A DNA stretch of 64,000 nucleotides. Origin: Octopus vulgaris. Taxonomy: Eukaryota. Shown one piece after another: positions 11,090 to 24,800 of this stretch. The position numbers and the translations under genes are program-made. Location of the stretch: the NCBI GenBank assembly GCA_951406725.2, contig OX597823.1, positions 34,162,001 to 34,226,000 on the forward strand, read 5' to 3'. The number at the start of each line of letters is the position of its first letter. Position 1 is the stretch's first letter. Below the pieces are notes generated by a model. That model ran no database searches and was not told where the DNA came from. It was given only the letters and a program-made list of their open reading frames with translations.

Positions 11090-14000
11090 GTAAGTAACAG
11101 TTTCTTCAGATTTCTCTATAAGAGACCTGGCCAATAAGTTGTTCTGTACAATGGATTATCTCTTTTTCTAGTTTTGGTGGATTAAGTCTACAAACACCAA
11201 TTAGAGAAATAATGTGAAAATGTTAAAAGGAGAGGAATCTGGAGAGAGAGGAAAAGAGAAAGAGAGACAGACAAACAAACAGAGTATATGGAGGGGCTTG
11301 GTGGGATAGAAATAGTATTTTTAGACTTTTTTTGTCATTTGTTAAAGATAATTGGAGATTTGAGATCAATGGTAGATTATAACAACAACACTAAAATACC
11401 GATAAGGGATTTCAGGATTACCATTAGTTGTAGCTGAAGGCTTATATCACCATTCATGGTGAAAAAAGAAACAGTTGCAGCTTTGTCATCATATGTATAT
11501 ATCATCATCATCATCATCATCATCATCATCTGCCTTTCATGCTTGCATGGGTGAGATGGTTTCACAAGAGCCAGCCAGGCAGAAGCCTGCACCAGACTTC
11601 TGTGCCTTTTTTGGCAGGATTTTTACAGCTGGATTCCCTTCCTAACACCAAGCACTTTACAGTATGGACTGGGCACTTTTAAGTGGCACCTGTACTGACA
11701 TGGTCATCAAGTACTTGCAAGATGAGAGATAGAAACAGGTGTCTTGCTGTAGAGGAAATATACAAGAGATGCTGGAAATGGGCATTGAGCACAGGCCTTG
11801 TGTAAACTAACTTTTATGCACCACATAGCTAGATGGGCTCAGACAAAAACCATAGTATTTAATAATTATAATAATTATTATCATTATCATTAAAATATTA
11901 ATATACAGGGGTTGGACAGAATGATGAAAGCACCTTAAAATTTCCAACAAATTTATTTTAATATGGGGTAGGACTACCTTTGGGAGTACAGCTTGAATTC
12001 TACAAGGTATGGACTCGTACAAAGTTTGAATTGTTTCCAAAGGAATTTTTGTCCATTTTTCAGCTCTTGTAGTGATGATGGTTGAGGATATCGACTCCTT
12101 ACTTGTTTTTCTAAAATGCACCATAAATGTTCGATAATATTGAGATCCGGGGACTGTGGTGCCCAGATAAGATGTTCAACTTCACTAGAATGTTCCTTGA
12201 GCCATTCAGTAACAACTTTAGCTGTGTGAATTGGTGCATTATCATCCTGAAAGATTGCATTTCCCTCCAGAAACAGTTTCCACACGTATACTGAGACAGT
12301 GGTTGGAAATAAGGAAAAGGATGACTCATTCAAGAAAATAACATTCTACCACTGCTCAAGAGACCAATTCTGTAGGCTTTTACTTCACTCTAAACACTTT
12401 GCAACATTTGTTTTTGAAAGTAGTGGTTTTCTGATTGCTGGCCTCCCATGAAATCTGGCTTTGTGCAGCTCCCGGCAAACAGTTTTTGTGGAAACTGGAT
12501 TCTCAAGGTGGTCGTTAGGCTCTGAAGTAATTTTGAGAGCTGTACTTTTGTGATCCATTCTAACATTTTGTTAGACGATCCCTATCTGAAAGTTTTGTTT
12601 TGAAGAGGAGGTTTTTCACTCTTTCTCAAAGCCTGTCATTACTTTCCAGACAGTATTTCTTGATACACCACAAAAGTGGCAAATATCCAAGTGAGACAGT
12701 ATTTCTTTTCAGATATCATCAGGAAAAGGTAATTAAAATTCATTAAAATGACAGATCTATTGGACTTTCAAAGAGGTCAAATTGTTGGTGCTCATGTGGC
12801 AGACGCTAGCGTAAGGAAAACAGCTGAAATGTTTGGTGTATCAAGAAATACTGTCTCGCTTGAATATTTGCCACTTTTGAGGTTCTTCTCTCTATGAAAC
12901 ATATGCAGCTCTGATCTTATATACTCCATTTCTTAACTTTTGGATGTGTGTGTGTGTGTTCATGTATGTATATATATCATCATCATCATTCAATATTTAT
13001 TGTTTTTCATTTTTTATGCTGGCATTGATAGTTTGACAAAATCTGACAAGCCACACGGCTGTGCTAAGTTCCTGTATCTGTTTTGGCATAGTTTCTACAG
13101 CTGAATGCCCTTCCTAATGCAACCACTTTCCAGAGTGTCTGCCGGGTGCTTCTTCTTGACCTCAGCACCAGTGAAGTCACCAAGTAACTTGCAAAACAAG
13201 AACCTGCTCCTTAACTGAGTGGTAGGTGTGTGTTTGAGAGTGTTGGGGGAGGTGGCTTTATGTCATCTGTTGAAAGCTAGAGTATGATTAAAGGATGAGC
13301 CCAGGTACCTTGCTATACAGAATATACACAGCAACCCCATATTATATAAGGGTGGGTAGGAATAGCTGGAAAGAAGATAAAGGGGGTGATGATGATATGC
13401 CAGAGCAAAACTCTCAAAGTTCAAGAGAGAATACAGACAGTGAATCATTGGGGGTGGAGGCATTTACATTTGAATTTGAGAGAAGCCTGTGGGCGGCGGG
13501 ATCAGAAGTGAATTTAGTGATAAAAAAAGGATGGAGGTATGAGAAAGGTGGGAGAAGTGGAAGTGGCTCAGAGTGGAGGAGTAGGAGGTGATAAATGGCA
13601 GTACAGGAAGAGAGGAGACCAACAGTATCGTAAACCTGGGAGATGATGTGGAGGGTGTTAGAAGTGGGGAGAGATGTACAGTGACAGAGGTGGAGATCAG
13701 AAGTATGTAAGGGTGGTTGTAGAGATTTGGGGAATAAAGGCAGGAGGGGCATTGATGGTGGATATGAGAGGGTGTAGAGAATGGTAACAGATACAAGAGG
13801 TGTCAAAGGTGAAGTTTGGCAGACCTAAGCTGTAGCTCAAAGGAGAGAAAGAAATAACCAAAGGCACAAAGGGGTGGGGGTGGGGTGATCAGTGAAAAAT
13901 AGTGGGGTGGGATGATATTAAGAATCAGGGATTGATGTTAATGGGAAGTGATTCTGGGGGAAGAAGGATTTAACTAGTAGCTGTAAAGGGGAATAAGATG

Positions 14001-17000
14001 TGTGCTGATTCTAGTCTCAAATGATTGCAGCAGGTGAGTATTAGAAGAATGATGGAGGGATAGGCATTTGGAAGATGAGATGTGGGAGAGTGCTTGACAG
14101 GGGTAAGTTGGGTACAGGGACAAGGCCCAGCATGTGCAGACATAAACAATGCTTTTAGGATGGACAAATTTTCTCAATTCAGTGATTTCCCAATCATCTC
14201 AGTCGTTTGTCCTCTCCTCAATGAGATGACAAAGGTCCAGGACGAATGGTTATGTGTGGTGTTCAACAGAACCCAACCATCTGAGTGAAACTCACATTCA
14301 AGGAACATACTGTGTGTGTTTCTTTCTGTCTGTCTGTCTATACACACACACATATATACAACTAGAGCCTCATCCAGTTCCTCTTCCCCACCAACCATCT
14401 TTCACCACTGGTCCCTCCATCATGTATTTAGTTGCAGTATTCTGCTGCTGTAATTTCCTTACTATTCAGAACCACTTCACTTGACATCCATCCTTCATTT
14501 TTACCTTTGTTCCTCTCCACTCACATTTTACATTAATCACCCTTCTGTGCCACCAGACTCTCCTCCCTCTCCGTTTCTATACATCTCTCACTTTCCCCAT
14601 GCACTACATCTATCTTCCCTCCCTACAATCTTGCGACCTACCCACCCACACATTTCCCTTATTCTTCCTTTGCTTCTGACAGCTGTATTATTGTTACTGT
14701 TCTGATGTTCTTCATGTTTTTGTACTGTCAGCTATCACCTATTATCCCCTTATCTAATATTCACTACATCCACTTCTCAATCCCACCCAGTTTCTACACT
14801 CATCACATATATGGGATAAACTAATCTAGTACCGTTGGTCAAAAGTAACAGAATATGCCAACATTCAACCATTGGGGTGTAGGGACCAATTTATGTTTCT
14901 GCATTTTTACTGAAAAATTTGTTTTAGTCCAAAAGCTGAAATGCCTAATAAAATGTTATTTCAATGTTTCTCTTTTTATATTTTAGTCCCTGTCTTAGTG
15001 ACGAAGTGAATCAGAAGATTTATGGAAAATGTAACCACATTAATGGTCATGGACACAACTATAAAGGTCAGTAAATCCTACATTAGTCATGTTTAAACTG
15101 GTGCTTCTGTCTGTTTCTTGTTCCTGGCTGTTCTTTATTACCATATCGTAGTCTTTTTTGTTTTTATTTTCTTTGAGGCCTTCAGCTCCATAAACCTCTT
15201 ACTTAGCTTCCTTGGCATATAAACAACTGAGGTCACAGTATTCCTTCTGAACAAGATGCTGACCCATTACTAGTCTCAAGGTCAGCAATTTTCTGAGGGT
15301 AGGGGACAAGTCAATCACATTGAGCCCAGTACTTCACTGGTACTTCTTTTTATCTACTCCAAAAGAAGGTGTGGTGTATGCGGGAAATTTGAAATAAGGA
15401 CACCTACCTTCTCTTCGGCGATGAAGACCTCTCTAGTGGTAATGCATCCTTCCATGCGGCCCGACCCGAACACTAGAAATAGCAGCTGCTTTTCCCCTAC
15501 TTTAACAAGCTCACACGTCCGACTCGCTCAGCTACCTCGATTGAAAGGCCCAATGCTGCCCTGCCTGCGTGCGCATCACTCCTGCCCCTTTCTCTTCCGG
15601 TCAGCTCCCCAGCTGCTGACGTCATCCTACAGAAGGGAAACATTGACCTCAGCAGGGTTTGAACTCATGACGTAAAGAACTGAAAGAAATGCTACTAAGC
15701 ATGTTGTCTGATGTTCCAATGGTTCTGCCAACTCGCAGTCTCCTCTTTCTTTGCAGCCATTTCTAAATTTGTGTTCTTTCTATTTGTTGTAAATTATGTT
15801 TAGACAGTTGTTATGCATATTTCTTGATAGCCTTGTCTGAATTTGTGTTCTGCCTGACTCTTAGTAATTACATATTAATTAGTGTTCTGCCTCTTTTTTG
15901 TTAGCTATGTCTAATTTATACTCGGTCCTTTATTAACCATATCTTAATTAGTGATTTATCTGTTTGTTGTTAACCATATCAAAATTGGTGTTCTTGTCAA
16001 CCAAGTCCCAATTTCTGTTCGTTTCTTTCTTGTTGGCCAAATTCATTCATAAAAACTGATTATTAAGTAAATTCCATGTAACTTAAAAAGCATGCATTAC
16101 ACTCCTGGAGTGGTTGGCATTAGGAAGGGCATCCAGCTGCTGAAACCATGCCAAAACAGATCGGAACCTGGTGCAGTTCTTTGGTTTCTCAGTTCCAGCC
16201 AATCCATCCAGCTTATGTCAGCATGGAAAACAGATGTTAAACGATGATGATATATAAGCTGTGTTCCAATGTGGTCTGAGATGTCTGTGTGTCTGTAGCA
16301 CTGTTCTGTATACTTGAGCAATATTAACCATACATATCACTTCTAAATGATATACTCTTAGAGGACTCTACTTAGCAGTTACATCAGATTATCCTGTAAT
16401 ATGTATTACTTCCCAACATTAAACACTTCTTCTAGAAAACCTTGTCTTCAGCAGGGAAAAGTGATTTTGTGTTATAAGATCTCAATTGTTTATGTTCTGT
16501 CTTCTGTTCACTTTTCTTCTTTTCTTGTCTATTTCAGTGGAAGTGGCACTTAAAGGTCCAGTGAGTATTCTTCTATGTACCCCTACCTTTCCTGCTGTCT
16601 ATCACAATTAGCCCTTTCATTACCAACCCGGCTGAATCTGGCTCTGAGTACAAATGTCTTGTTTTCATAAGTTTTGAATTAAAATATTCCACCAAGCCTT
16701 AGTCACAATTTACATTCTAACACTAGCTGAATGATAACTAAGTTATTTTACTAAATTATTTGTTATATTTAAAGTAATTGAAAGAAACAGAGAGCATCTT
16801 AAAATAAATACAGTAACAAAAGGGTTAAAGACTGATAATTAGTTCTCTCCACATATCCCTACCTCTACAGTTATCCACTATCATTAAAGACCAGTGTGTT
16901 TTCCTCTATTGCTATTTAATTAAAAACTTGTAAATATTCTTCTGCCCTGACAGATATATTAGAAGGAATCTATCAAAACATCTTAAATATTTGTTAAGTA

Positions 17001-20000
17001 ATTTAGATGTTGAACCAGAGAGAAATTCTTTTGCTGTAACTTTCTACTGTTTGCAGGTGGATCCAGTGACAGGAATGGTGATCAATATAGTTGATTTGAA
17101 ACAAATAATCAATGTAAGTCACATGATATTCCATATTCTACATGTTCATCTCTAACCTAACCATTTTTCAGCCATGCAAAATTAATTCATTTTCTTTTTC
17201 TTCTTTCTTTGGTACTCAGGACATTTAGCTTGGGGCATATTGTTATTTCAAATATTGTGTCAATCCTTGTCAAAGTCCATTGTTCCATGCTTAATTGCTG
17301 AACAAGTTGTGGGTCAATGGGGAATGATTTCACAGCTGGACACTTTTCTAGTTCTTACTTGTTTTGCAAGCAAGGAATTTTTTTTATACTCTGAATGTCT
17401 TTGAAAGTACAGAGTGACTGGCTGTGATGTCAACAAGAAATGTTGTCATCAGCACCATTCTACGCGAATGATGACAAGTACAGAACACCAACATACATGA
17501 ATATTCCGGCAAACACACACACACACATATATATGTGCTTGTGTGCGTGCATGTCTGTGTGTGTGTGTAGTGAACTTTCTGCAGTTTCCACCTACCGGAT
17601 TCACTCATAAGGCATTGGTCAACTTGGCAGCTGTTACACTGTAGGACTGAACCAAGAACCACGAGGTTGGGAAGCAAACTTGTTACCTGCACAGCCATGC
17701 CCATCTCTACAGGTGTCAGTTCTTTATTTAAATTTATCCATGGAGGGAAATACAGCAACTGACAAGAGTTTAAACAAAATTCATGCACTCAGTATCATCA
17801 TCATCATCATCATCATTTAGCGTCCGCTTTCCATGCTAGCATGGGTTGGACGGGTCAACTGGGGTCTGTAAAGCTGGAAGGCTTCGTCAGGCCCAGTCAG
17901 ATCTGGCAGTGTTTCTACGGCTGGATGCCCTTCCTAACGCCAACCACTCCGCGAGTGTAGTGGGTGTTTTTTACGTGCCACCTGCACAGGTGCCAGACAG
18001 AGCTGCCGAACGGCCACGAACGGATGGTGCTTTTACGTGTCACCGGCACGGGGCCAGGCGATGCTGGCAACGGACACGAACGGATGGTGCTTTTACGTGC
18101 CACCGACACGGGACCAGACAGAGCTGATTATATTATTAGAGTTGCTTCTAACTCAAAATTTTATGTGTATATATATATATATATATACTTTTTATCTTAT
18201 ATTATACTTTTTATCTTATATTAAACTTTTTAATACTTTTTGACAGTTATATATATTTAATAAATAAATAAAAAATTAAATAAAAAATAAAAAATATATA
18301 TATATAAAAAAAATTTATAAATATAAATTAATAAATTTAAATTTTGAATTTTATATTTTATATATTTTGTATATTATATTAATTAATTTTATTTCTATGT
18401 TTTGGTTTATGTTTTTCACTGTTTGATTTGCCTAATAGTGGTTTTATCTCTAATTTAATTTATATATATATAATATATATATATGTTAGCATATATTAGT
18501 GCAGGAGTGACTGTGTGGTACGATGCTTGCTTCCCAACCTCATGGTTCTGGGTTCAGTCCCACTGTGTGGCACCTTGGACAACTGTCTTCTATTATAGCC
18601 TCAGGCCGACCAAAGCCTTGTGAGTGAATTTGGTCGACAGAAACTGAAAGAATCTTATCATATATATATATATGTGTATGTGTGTGTGTTTATTAGCATA
18701 TGTATTAAATAGACAGAAAATGATTAATTTCTCTAATTACAATTCCTAACTTTGACTTAATTCATGCTTTCTTAATTTTTTCTTAGATTCTAATTCTCTC
18801 TTTTTATTTAAATTAAATTCTTTTGTTATTCATTGCATTTATATACTCAACAGCCTTTCATTTACCTTCTTATTTCGTCTTTTCATTTCACTTTATTATC
18901 TAAGCATGTTGAGTGTCTTTTCATTTATTTTAATTAATTGATTGACATTCTTTTTAAAGTCTATTTTGATTTACGCAAACTACATCTTCACAAAATGTTC
19001 CCACCACGTAAATTGTTTGGTAATTTCTGTATCCTGTAGAATATTTCTGTTTATAATTTCCAGAAATGTGTCATGGATGTTTTGGACCATAAAAACATAG
19101 ACAAAGATGTTCCATACTTTAAATATAATCCCAGGTAACTTAAAACTTCCTTTTCCAGTTACATTTTAGTTCTCTCAGTCATACACCCTACGGTTAATTT
19201 TAATCCAACATCGAACTCACAATCTCCTTTTCCAATATGAACTCTCAAAAAAATTTCCGCTGTTATCCCTTTGGTAATTTATAGGCAAAAAAACTTGGTT
19301 TATTACTTTATAAAACTCATAATTTAAGAAAGTTATTTCTAACTTTATACTTTTATCCCTTGATCACTCCAGCCAAAATTAATTATAGATAAACTACAAT
19401 AGCAACAATCTAATATACGTGTATATTATAAATAAATTAGCAATTTACATAATGATATAAGCTCAATAGGGCCTTTTTGTCCCTTTAAATCATTCAAGCT
19501 TTCTCACTCTAAAATACCAGTTCATACAGCAGTACTGCAGTGTCATACATTCATACACTGAATATTGTAGTGTCGTACACCAGTACAGTACAGCAATGCT
19601 ATAGCACACCAATACAGTAGTGTCATACACCTGTATTGTAGTGTTGTACACTAGTACTGTTGTGCTATACACTGATAATATAGTATTATACACCACTTCT
19701 TGACTGCCTATGACTAGCTTTACTCACGTGAATCAGGGCTGAGCATGAACAGTATTAAGAGCCTTACTACACTTTATAGACGCTGTTGTAGTGTCATATC
19801 TCTGCATACATACTATATACATATTCACTATCCATGTCTCACTAATGTTCTCCATCAGACATCTTACACACACCACCTAGAGTCCCTGGCATTCATTCTC
19901 CATATGTTCATTGCGATACACACAGTATATAGTCCTCTTTTTATTGTTCAAACTGAAGAACTGGTAACTCTCAGAGATGTTCAACTGATCTACAGAACTC

Positions 20001-20044
20001 ATGAGATTTTTCATGCACCGTAACCACTCAGTGTTTGCCATTTG

Positions 20045-20082
<38 letters not shown>

Positions 20083-21161
20083 TATGCTTGCAGTTGCATG
20101 TTTTATCTTTTACCTGTTTTGGTCGTGGGGTTGTGGCCGTGTTTTTGACTCCTCCTTGAAGGGTTCAGTTGAACAAATCGACCCCAGTACACGTTCTTAA
20201 GTCTGGCGCTTATTCTATCGTCCTCTTTTGTTAAACTGTTAAGTCATGGGGGTGTAAACTAACCAACATTGGTTGTAAGTGGGCAGACACAAAGACACTC
20301 CCATGTATATATATATATATATATATACATTTATGTTTAAAGGATAGGCTTCTTTCAGCTTCCATCTGAAAAATACACGCACAGGGCTTTGGTCAGCCTA
20401 TGGCTATAGTAAAAGACCTCGGTTCCAGTGAGGCCGAACCCAGAACCATGTGGTTGGGATGCAAGCTTCTTACCACACAGCCACGCCCACACTTGGTGTA
20501 TTCTGTTTGAATATCCTTAGCTGTCTGAATGTTGTACAGTATATTCAAACGGTATGCCATCAGTAAGCTTGTTCAGATTTCTTATGATTATAACGTTTAA
20601 TTATGAAATATTTGGAAAACATGAGCGTTAAAAAAGAATTTTTTTCTTCTGTGAAAACTAACCTAACAAGGTCTAAGGGAGACCACTCCATTCCGTCATG
20701 GAGATTACTCTTCGAAAACGATCAGCTGTAATAACATTTTTATCAGCAGTTCCCAGCAATAGATGCCTTTATTGAACTGAATAGCAAATGAAAAATTGTA
20801 GAGTTTTGAGCCTTGCTCACTATTTTAAATCTCTACTATTTCATCAGTACATTTCAGTACTTTAATTCAAACCATATAAAAAAAAAAAAATTTTTTTAGG
20901 TGTTTTTGTGGCAGGAATGTTTTAAATTAGTTAACAACTATAGGAAGAATTTTAGAAATATTCTCACAGGAATGACTCTTTATATATCTGATTTTACTTT
21001 TTGATTGCAGTACTGGTGAAAATATCGTTGTTTTTATCTGGAACCAACTTTCTGAAGAACTGAATCAACGTAATCAAGCTGACCTTCTATTTGAAATAAA
21101 ACTACACGAAACAGAGAAAAATGTCTTCTCTTATTATGGAGAAAAAACGTCATCAAAATGA
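11013..21161 (+). CDS. PTS: 6-pyruvoyl tetrahydropterin synthase, 152 aa, join(11013..11089,14987..15066,16538..16560,17057..17113,19064..19134,21011..21161)
   Basis: All introns are GT-AG and in frame. Protein: [152 protein letters not shown]. It has the Zn-binding His (HRL, GHGHNY), catalytic Cys (GKC), and LDH, EN and ET motifs. Confidence 0.97.
11906..12879 (-). mobile_element. Decayed Tc1-type transposon with an inverted 5' segment
   Basis: TA|CAGGGGTTGGACA terminus; minus-strand FQDDNAPIH and [15 protein letters not shown] motifs; N-terminus [15 protein letters not shown]...VSRNTV on + at 12748-12855. Confidence 0.85.
14987..15066 (+). CDS. PTS: PTS coding exon 2 (80 nt)
   Basis: [26 protein letters not shown]; TTTTAG / GTCAGT. 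Confidence 0.96.
15370..15631. mobile_element. Solo LTR inserted into a SINE
   Basis: TGT...ACA termini; 5-bp TSD GAAGG (15365-15369 and 15632-15636); CpG-rich; interrupts a Nin-type SINE that resumes after it. Confidence 0.7.
16538..16560 (+). CDS. PTS: PTS coding exon 3 (23 nt)
   Basis: VEVALKGP; long polypyrimidine tract + CAG / GTGAGT; restores frame. Confidence 0.93.
16612..16824. mobile_element. piggyBac-type MITE (second copy at about 53621-53843)
   Basis: CCCTTTCATTAC...GTAACAAAAGGG termini with TTAG/TTAA flanks; near-identical body at 53630-53843. Confidence 0.7.
17057..17113 (+). CDS. PTS: PTS coding exon 4 (57 nt)
   Basis: [19 protein letters not shown]; TTGCAG / GTAAGT. Confidence 0.96.
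17794..18125 (-). mobile_element. RTE-tail repeat (SINE or truncated LINE 3' end) with internal tandem units; similar copies near 31247-31440, 34907-35250, 36404-36605, 48703-49175
   Basis: Reverse complement of the 3' UTR/tail of the LINE at 1600-1966; starts with (CAT)n. Confidence 0.85.
18500..18660 (+). mobile_element. tRNA-derived SINE (octopus OR-like); other copies near 9040-9200, 17570-17715, 20345-20490, 40000-40145, 41248-41370, 49208-49370, 55005-55140, 58200-58375, 60085-60200, 62505-62650
   Basis: Degenerate A box, GGTTCAGTCCC B box, shared body CCTTGGGCAAG...CCAAAGCCTTGTGAGTG...GAAACTGAAAGAA, then microsatellite. Confidence 0.8.
19064..19134 (+). CDS. PTS: PTS coding exon 5 (71 nt)
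   Basis: [23 protein letters not shown]; TTCCAG / GTAACT. Confidence 0.96.
19500..19700. repeat. Degenerate tandem repeat of about 21 bp (GTAGTGTCATACACCAGTACT-like)
   Basis: Recurring GTAGTGTC.TACAC units. Confidence 0.55.
21011..21161 (+). CDS. PTS: PTS coding exon 6 with stop
   Basis: [13 protein letters not shown]...[21 protein letters not shown]; TTGCAG acceptor. Confidence 0.96.
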
Positions 21162-21759
21162 AGATGACACAATCAAAGGAGTTTATTCTTAAAGAACGTT
21201 TTTGAACCTAATTGGCTATTCTTCAAAGGTCTGTGAGTAATTCTAGTAACATGGTTTGGTTGTTTAATTCCTGTTAGTTTTAGATAAACAAAATATTGAT
21301 CCATTTTAGAATATTCTATTGACTGTTGGTTGAAAAATTGTGTTATATCATTGACTAAACCACTAAACGTTCAATTACGCCTTCCACTTTGTAAATAGCT
21401 ACTACAGCACAAGTTATCTGACAAAAGTTAACTTGCAGTGTTGAGCTCTGTGCAGGAACATTTGCCTGTTCTTTGCATACTTTATGGTGCCTCTTCTCCA
21501 GGTATGTCATGGAGTGAACTCTGGTACAAAATAACACCTTTGGGTAAATTGTAAAGAATAACTAGAAATATAAGTTGTTGCAGTGTGTATTATGTATCCT
21601 TCATCTGATAATGAGTGACGTTTGTGCTGTCAGTGTCTTATCCTATAGCTTTCTAATTAGTAGACCAACATTTTGATAATGAGTGAACCATAAAATTTGT
21701 TTGGTTTTCATGGTTTTTAAATATAATTTTATTTTCATGCATCACTTATCTCTGTTTCA

Positions 21760-21830
21760 TTAGCCTTAAAGGGTTAAAAGTAACGAATCTGTTGATAACA
21801 GATTCGTTACTTTTAACCCTTTAAGGCTAA
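21760..21830. repeat. Perfect inverted repeat, 34-bp arms, 3-nt loop
   Basis: TTAGCCTTAAAGGGTTAAAAGTAACGAATCTGTT-GAT-AACAGATTCGTTACTTTTAACCCTTTAAGGCTAA. Confidence 0.95.
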
Positions 21831-24800
21831 CATACATAGGATTAGATTCATATTTCTTGGCTCACAAATTAATGAAACTGTATGTGTGTGAGCGTATATA
21901 TATATATATATATACATACATACACACACACATACTCTGATATTACAGATCTCTTTACACACCTTTATAAATATCACTTCAAATTTCTTCAACATTATCT
22001 CTTGTAAATATGAATGAGTGTGAAATCCTGTTTTCAAACAAATATAGGTTGAATTGCTTTGTTTCATAATTTTCAACAAGTAAGTCCTGTGTTTTCAATT
22101 TGAACCTAACAATTTTAAATACTTCTTTTGTTTTGTTTAATATTTCGTCTAAAAGTTGTTACCTTTTATAATGATGTATTTAGGATATTCTTATACATGA
22201 CATTTATGACAGACTATCTGCTCCATATAATAACTGCTTCACGTCCCATCTCTCAAGTCCTCATTTCTTCTCTGTCAGAATTCCAATTATTTTCCTTTTA
22301 AAACTCAGTTACTTAACCAGATGATGAGTGGGGGCACTGATGTGCTGTGTTCATTCCATTTCATGATCTGTAAAAGGTGACAATAGGAAGCCACACCTGT
22401 ATATTTCTTCATGTCATTGTATGAAAACTTATTTAAGATTACCAGAATCATTTTCATTATCTTCTTTGTGAGGTGATGCAAACTCCAGCTTAAAGTATTT
22501 TCTTCATAGATAATAAACTATTCTGAATGCGTGACAAATGTAAAAATTCATTTTCAGCAGCTGATTTTTATTGTGATTAACTGATCTAAATAGATTTATT
22601 TTCTTTGTTTGGAGTTTTTGAAGTAGATTTTAAGCACTTCCAGAGGAAGTTTTAGAATATTTTAAAGATTTGTAACAATTTAAAATTACCTCTAATTATG
22701 TAGAGCCCTGATTTAGACATTCCTTTTCACTAATTTCATTTCAAATGATTTGTCGTAATTAGTGACATCCCCAATTTAAGTCTTTCAAAATGTGTGCCAA
22801 GTCATCAAAATACTCTGATTGAAAAACACTGCTATGAAAACCTAGAACTGGCCTGTGAGAGAAATGTTGCATATTGTTCCATGGTTATGAAATGTATCTC
22901 CAAAACAAGGGGAAGCATTAACAATGTATATGTCAACCAGACCAAAAGTTCAGGGGCAGAACAACATTGCAAATTAACAGAGCTTTACAGTGCTGTCTTC
23001 TTTGCTACTTTGTATAGACAGGTGGACTAAGCCATTTGATTGTGAAATGTCTTGGACCCAAAAATAATGCTGTGCCAAGATCTAATCTACTGACCATTAT
23101 TTATCTTCCATTGTCCAAGACTCATTCAACAAATCAAATTCTGATTTTTATGTAAATTTCAATGAAAATAGTTTATTTTAATTAATACTGATAATGTTTA
23201 ATAATCATCAGAAATATTGGTGTAATTAACCCATTAACAATACAGAAAGCTTTAAATTCTCATTCCACAAATAATTACAATTAAACAAGAATAATTAACA
23301 GAAAGGATGAGAAAGTCATTAATGAAGTAGGAAATAATTTGGGTTTGTGAAAAGTTAATAATAATAATATGAACAGTATTTAAAATTAAAATAAGTTCTG
23401 TGTTGTACAATTTTCTGACTGTCTTGTTTTACAAACATTTTGTGTTTGTAATGTGCAGTGAAGGGTTTGCTATTTTTTGATTTTTCACAAATCTGTTTAA
23501 ATATAAATTTTGTTTTCATATTGAATTGTCCCTTCTGGAATAAGAAAACCAGTTTGCAAGGTATTTGTGTATCGGATAAAACAGAATCCAAGGAGACTGG
23601 TGGTTGTTTAACACAGGCAAGACTTTTATTACTTGGAAAAAAAGTAACAGAAAGACTTAAATGAAATTGCCAGTCACTCTTAAACCTGGAGAAAGACTTT
23701 GTCCTAAATATTGGATGCTCCACTCCCCAACACTAATCATTTTACTCTTTCTCTGTCTATATATATATATATATATACATGCTTACATATACACATGTAA
23801 GTTTGTATATAAAATGTTGAATTTCATTGTTTATTGTATAAAACATATTTTAAAGACCCAATCTGTCTTTTGTCTTCATGTGTTTTAAATAACATCCATG
23901 CATTATTGATTTCTTTATTGTCTTAGAGAGAATTAGATGGATGTCTTTGAAAGATGATGGCTTACTGGCTGCAGAACAGATCTCATTACAACCAGTGAAC
24001 TCTCTAGGAATCATGTAGGAGTAGGTTTTTGTTAGTTTCTTCCTTTTTAACAATAATATTAGTTAACTTCTACAAACAAACCCCTTGAACACAATGATAT
24101 CTTAAACAAGGTGTGACGTCATCAAAGATTAAACACCAGTAAAACATGGATAACTTGGATGAGAATACAAAAATCTTTTCCTCTGGCAGAGCAGAAACGT
24201 GACTGCTGTGCTGTCTTTTTAGAAGAAGGTATGCAAAATTACATTATCTTTTGGGGTCATTTAGCTTTCCTTATTTCAGGGAGATTTAGTTGATATTTTT
24301 AGCAGATCAAATAACCTCGTAGACGTTTCTGCTTTGGGTTGGTTTCATTAGTATTGCTGTGTTTGGTTGGAGGAGGAGGGGGGGGGGACAGCATAGGACC
24401 AAATATTTCAGATGACTTTACAAATTAGGATAGATGGAAGTATTTGCATAAATGTGTAACAAGATGTGATCTTTTGGGAAGGAGGTAATTTAATTACAGT
24501 TGTGACTGATGCAGTTAAGAATTCTTTTGGTGTTACATAAATCATGCAAATAAAAGGGAAATGGGGTTAGGGAGGATTACAGTTTTATTTTCCAAAACAA
24601 GAAAAATAATAATTTCAAGTGTTTTTCTTTAGTTGAAACCCAAAATTTGTTTAACTCAGCTTAAGCACCAACTGTATATGTCTGCCCAGAGTCTGAGGTG
24701 GACACCCTGCAGAGCTCTTCATTTCTCTCAGATATTTAAACCACCCTGCCTATAAACATATCCTAATAATTATAAAAACATTGTCTAAATATTGACAGAA

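Noticed and set aside
13200-14800. Several short ORFs in purine-rich then pyrimidine-rich tracts
   Set aside because: Low-complexity intronic DNA with no recognisable domain or splice framework.
18200-18480. Almost pure A/T stretch
   Set aside because: Looks like a degraded or poorly base-called (TA)n microsatellite.
22321-22345. Box C (ATGATGA) followed by CTGA as a C/D snoRNA
   Set aside because: The boxes are too close together and there is no terminal stem.
24004-24069. Minus-strand KEETNKNL resembling an alternative PITPNC1 last exon
   Set aside because: The nearby AG is phase 0 for that frame while the upstream exon ends in phase 1, and no M-x-x-E-D-x-R-E-Y motif precedes it; probably a chance 16-nt match.
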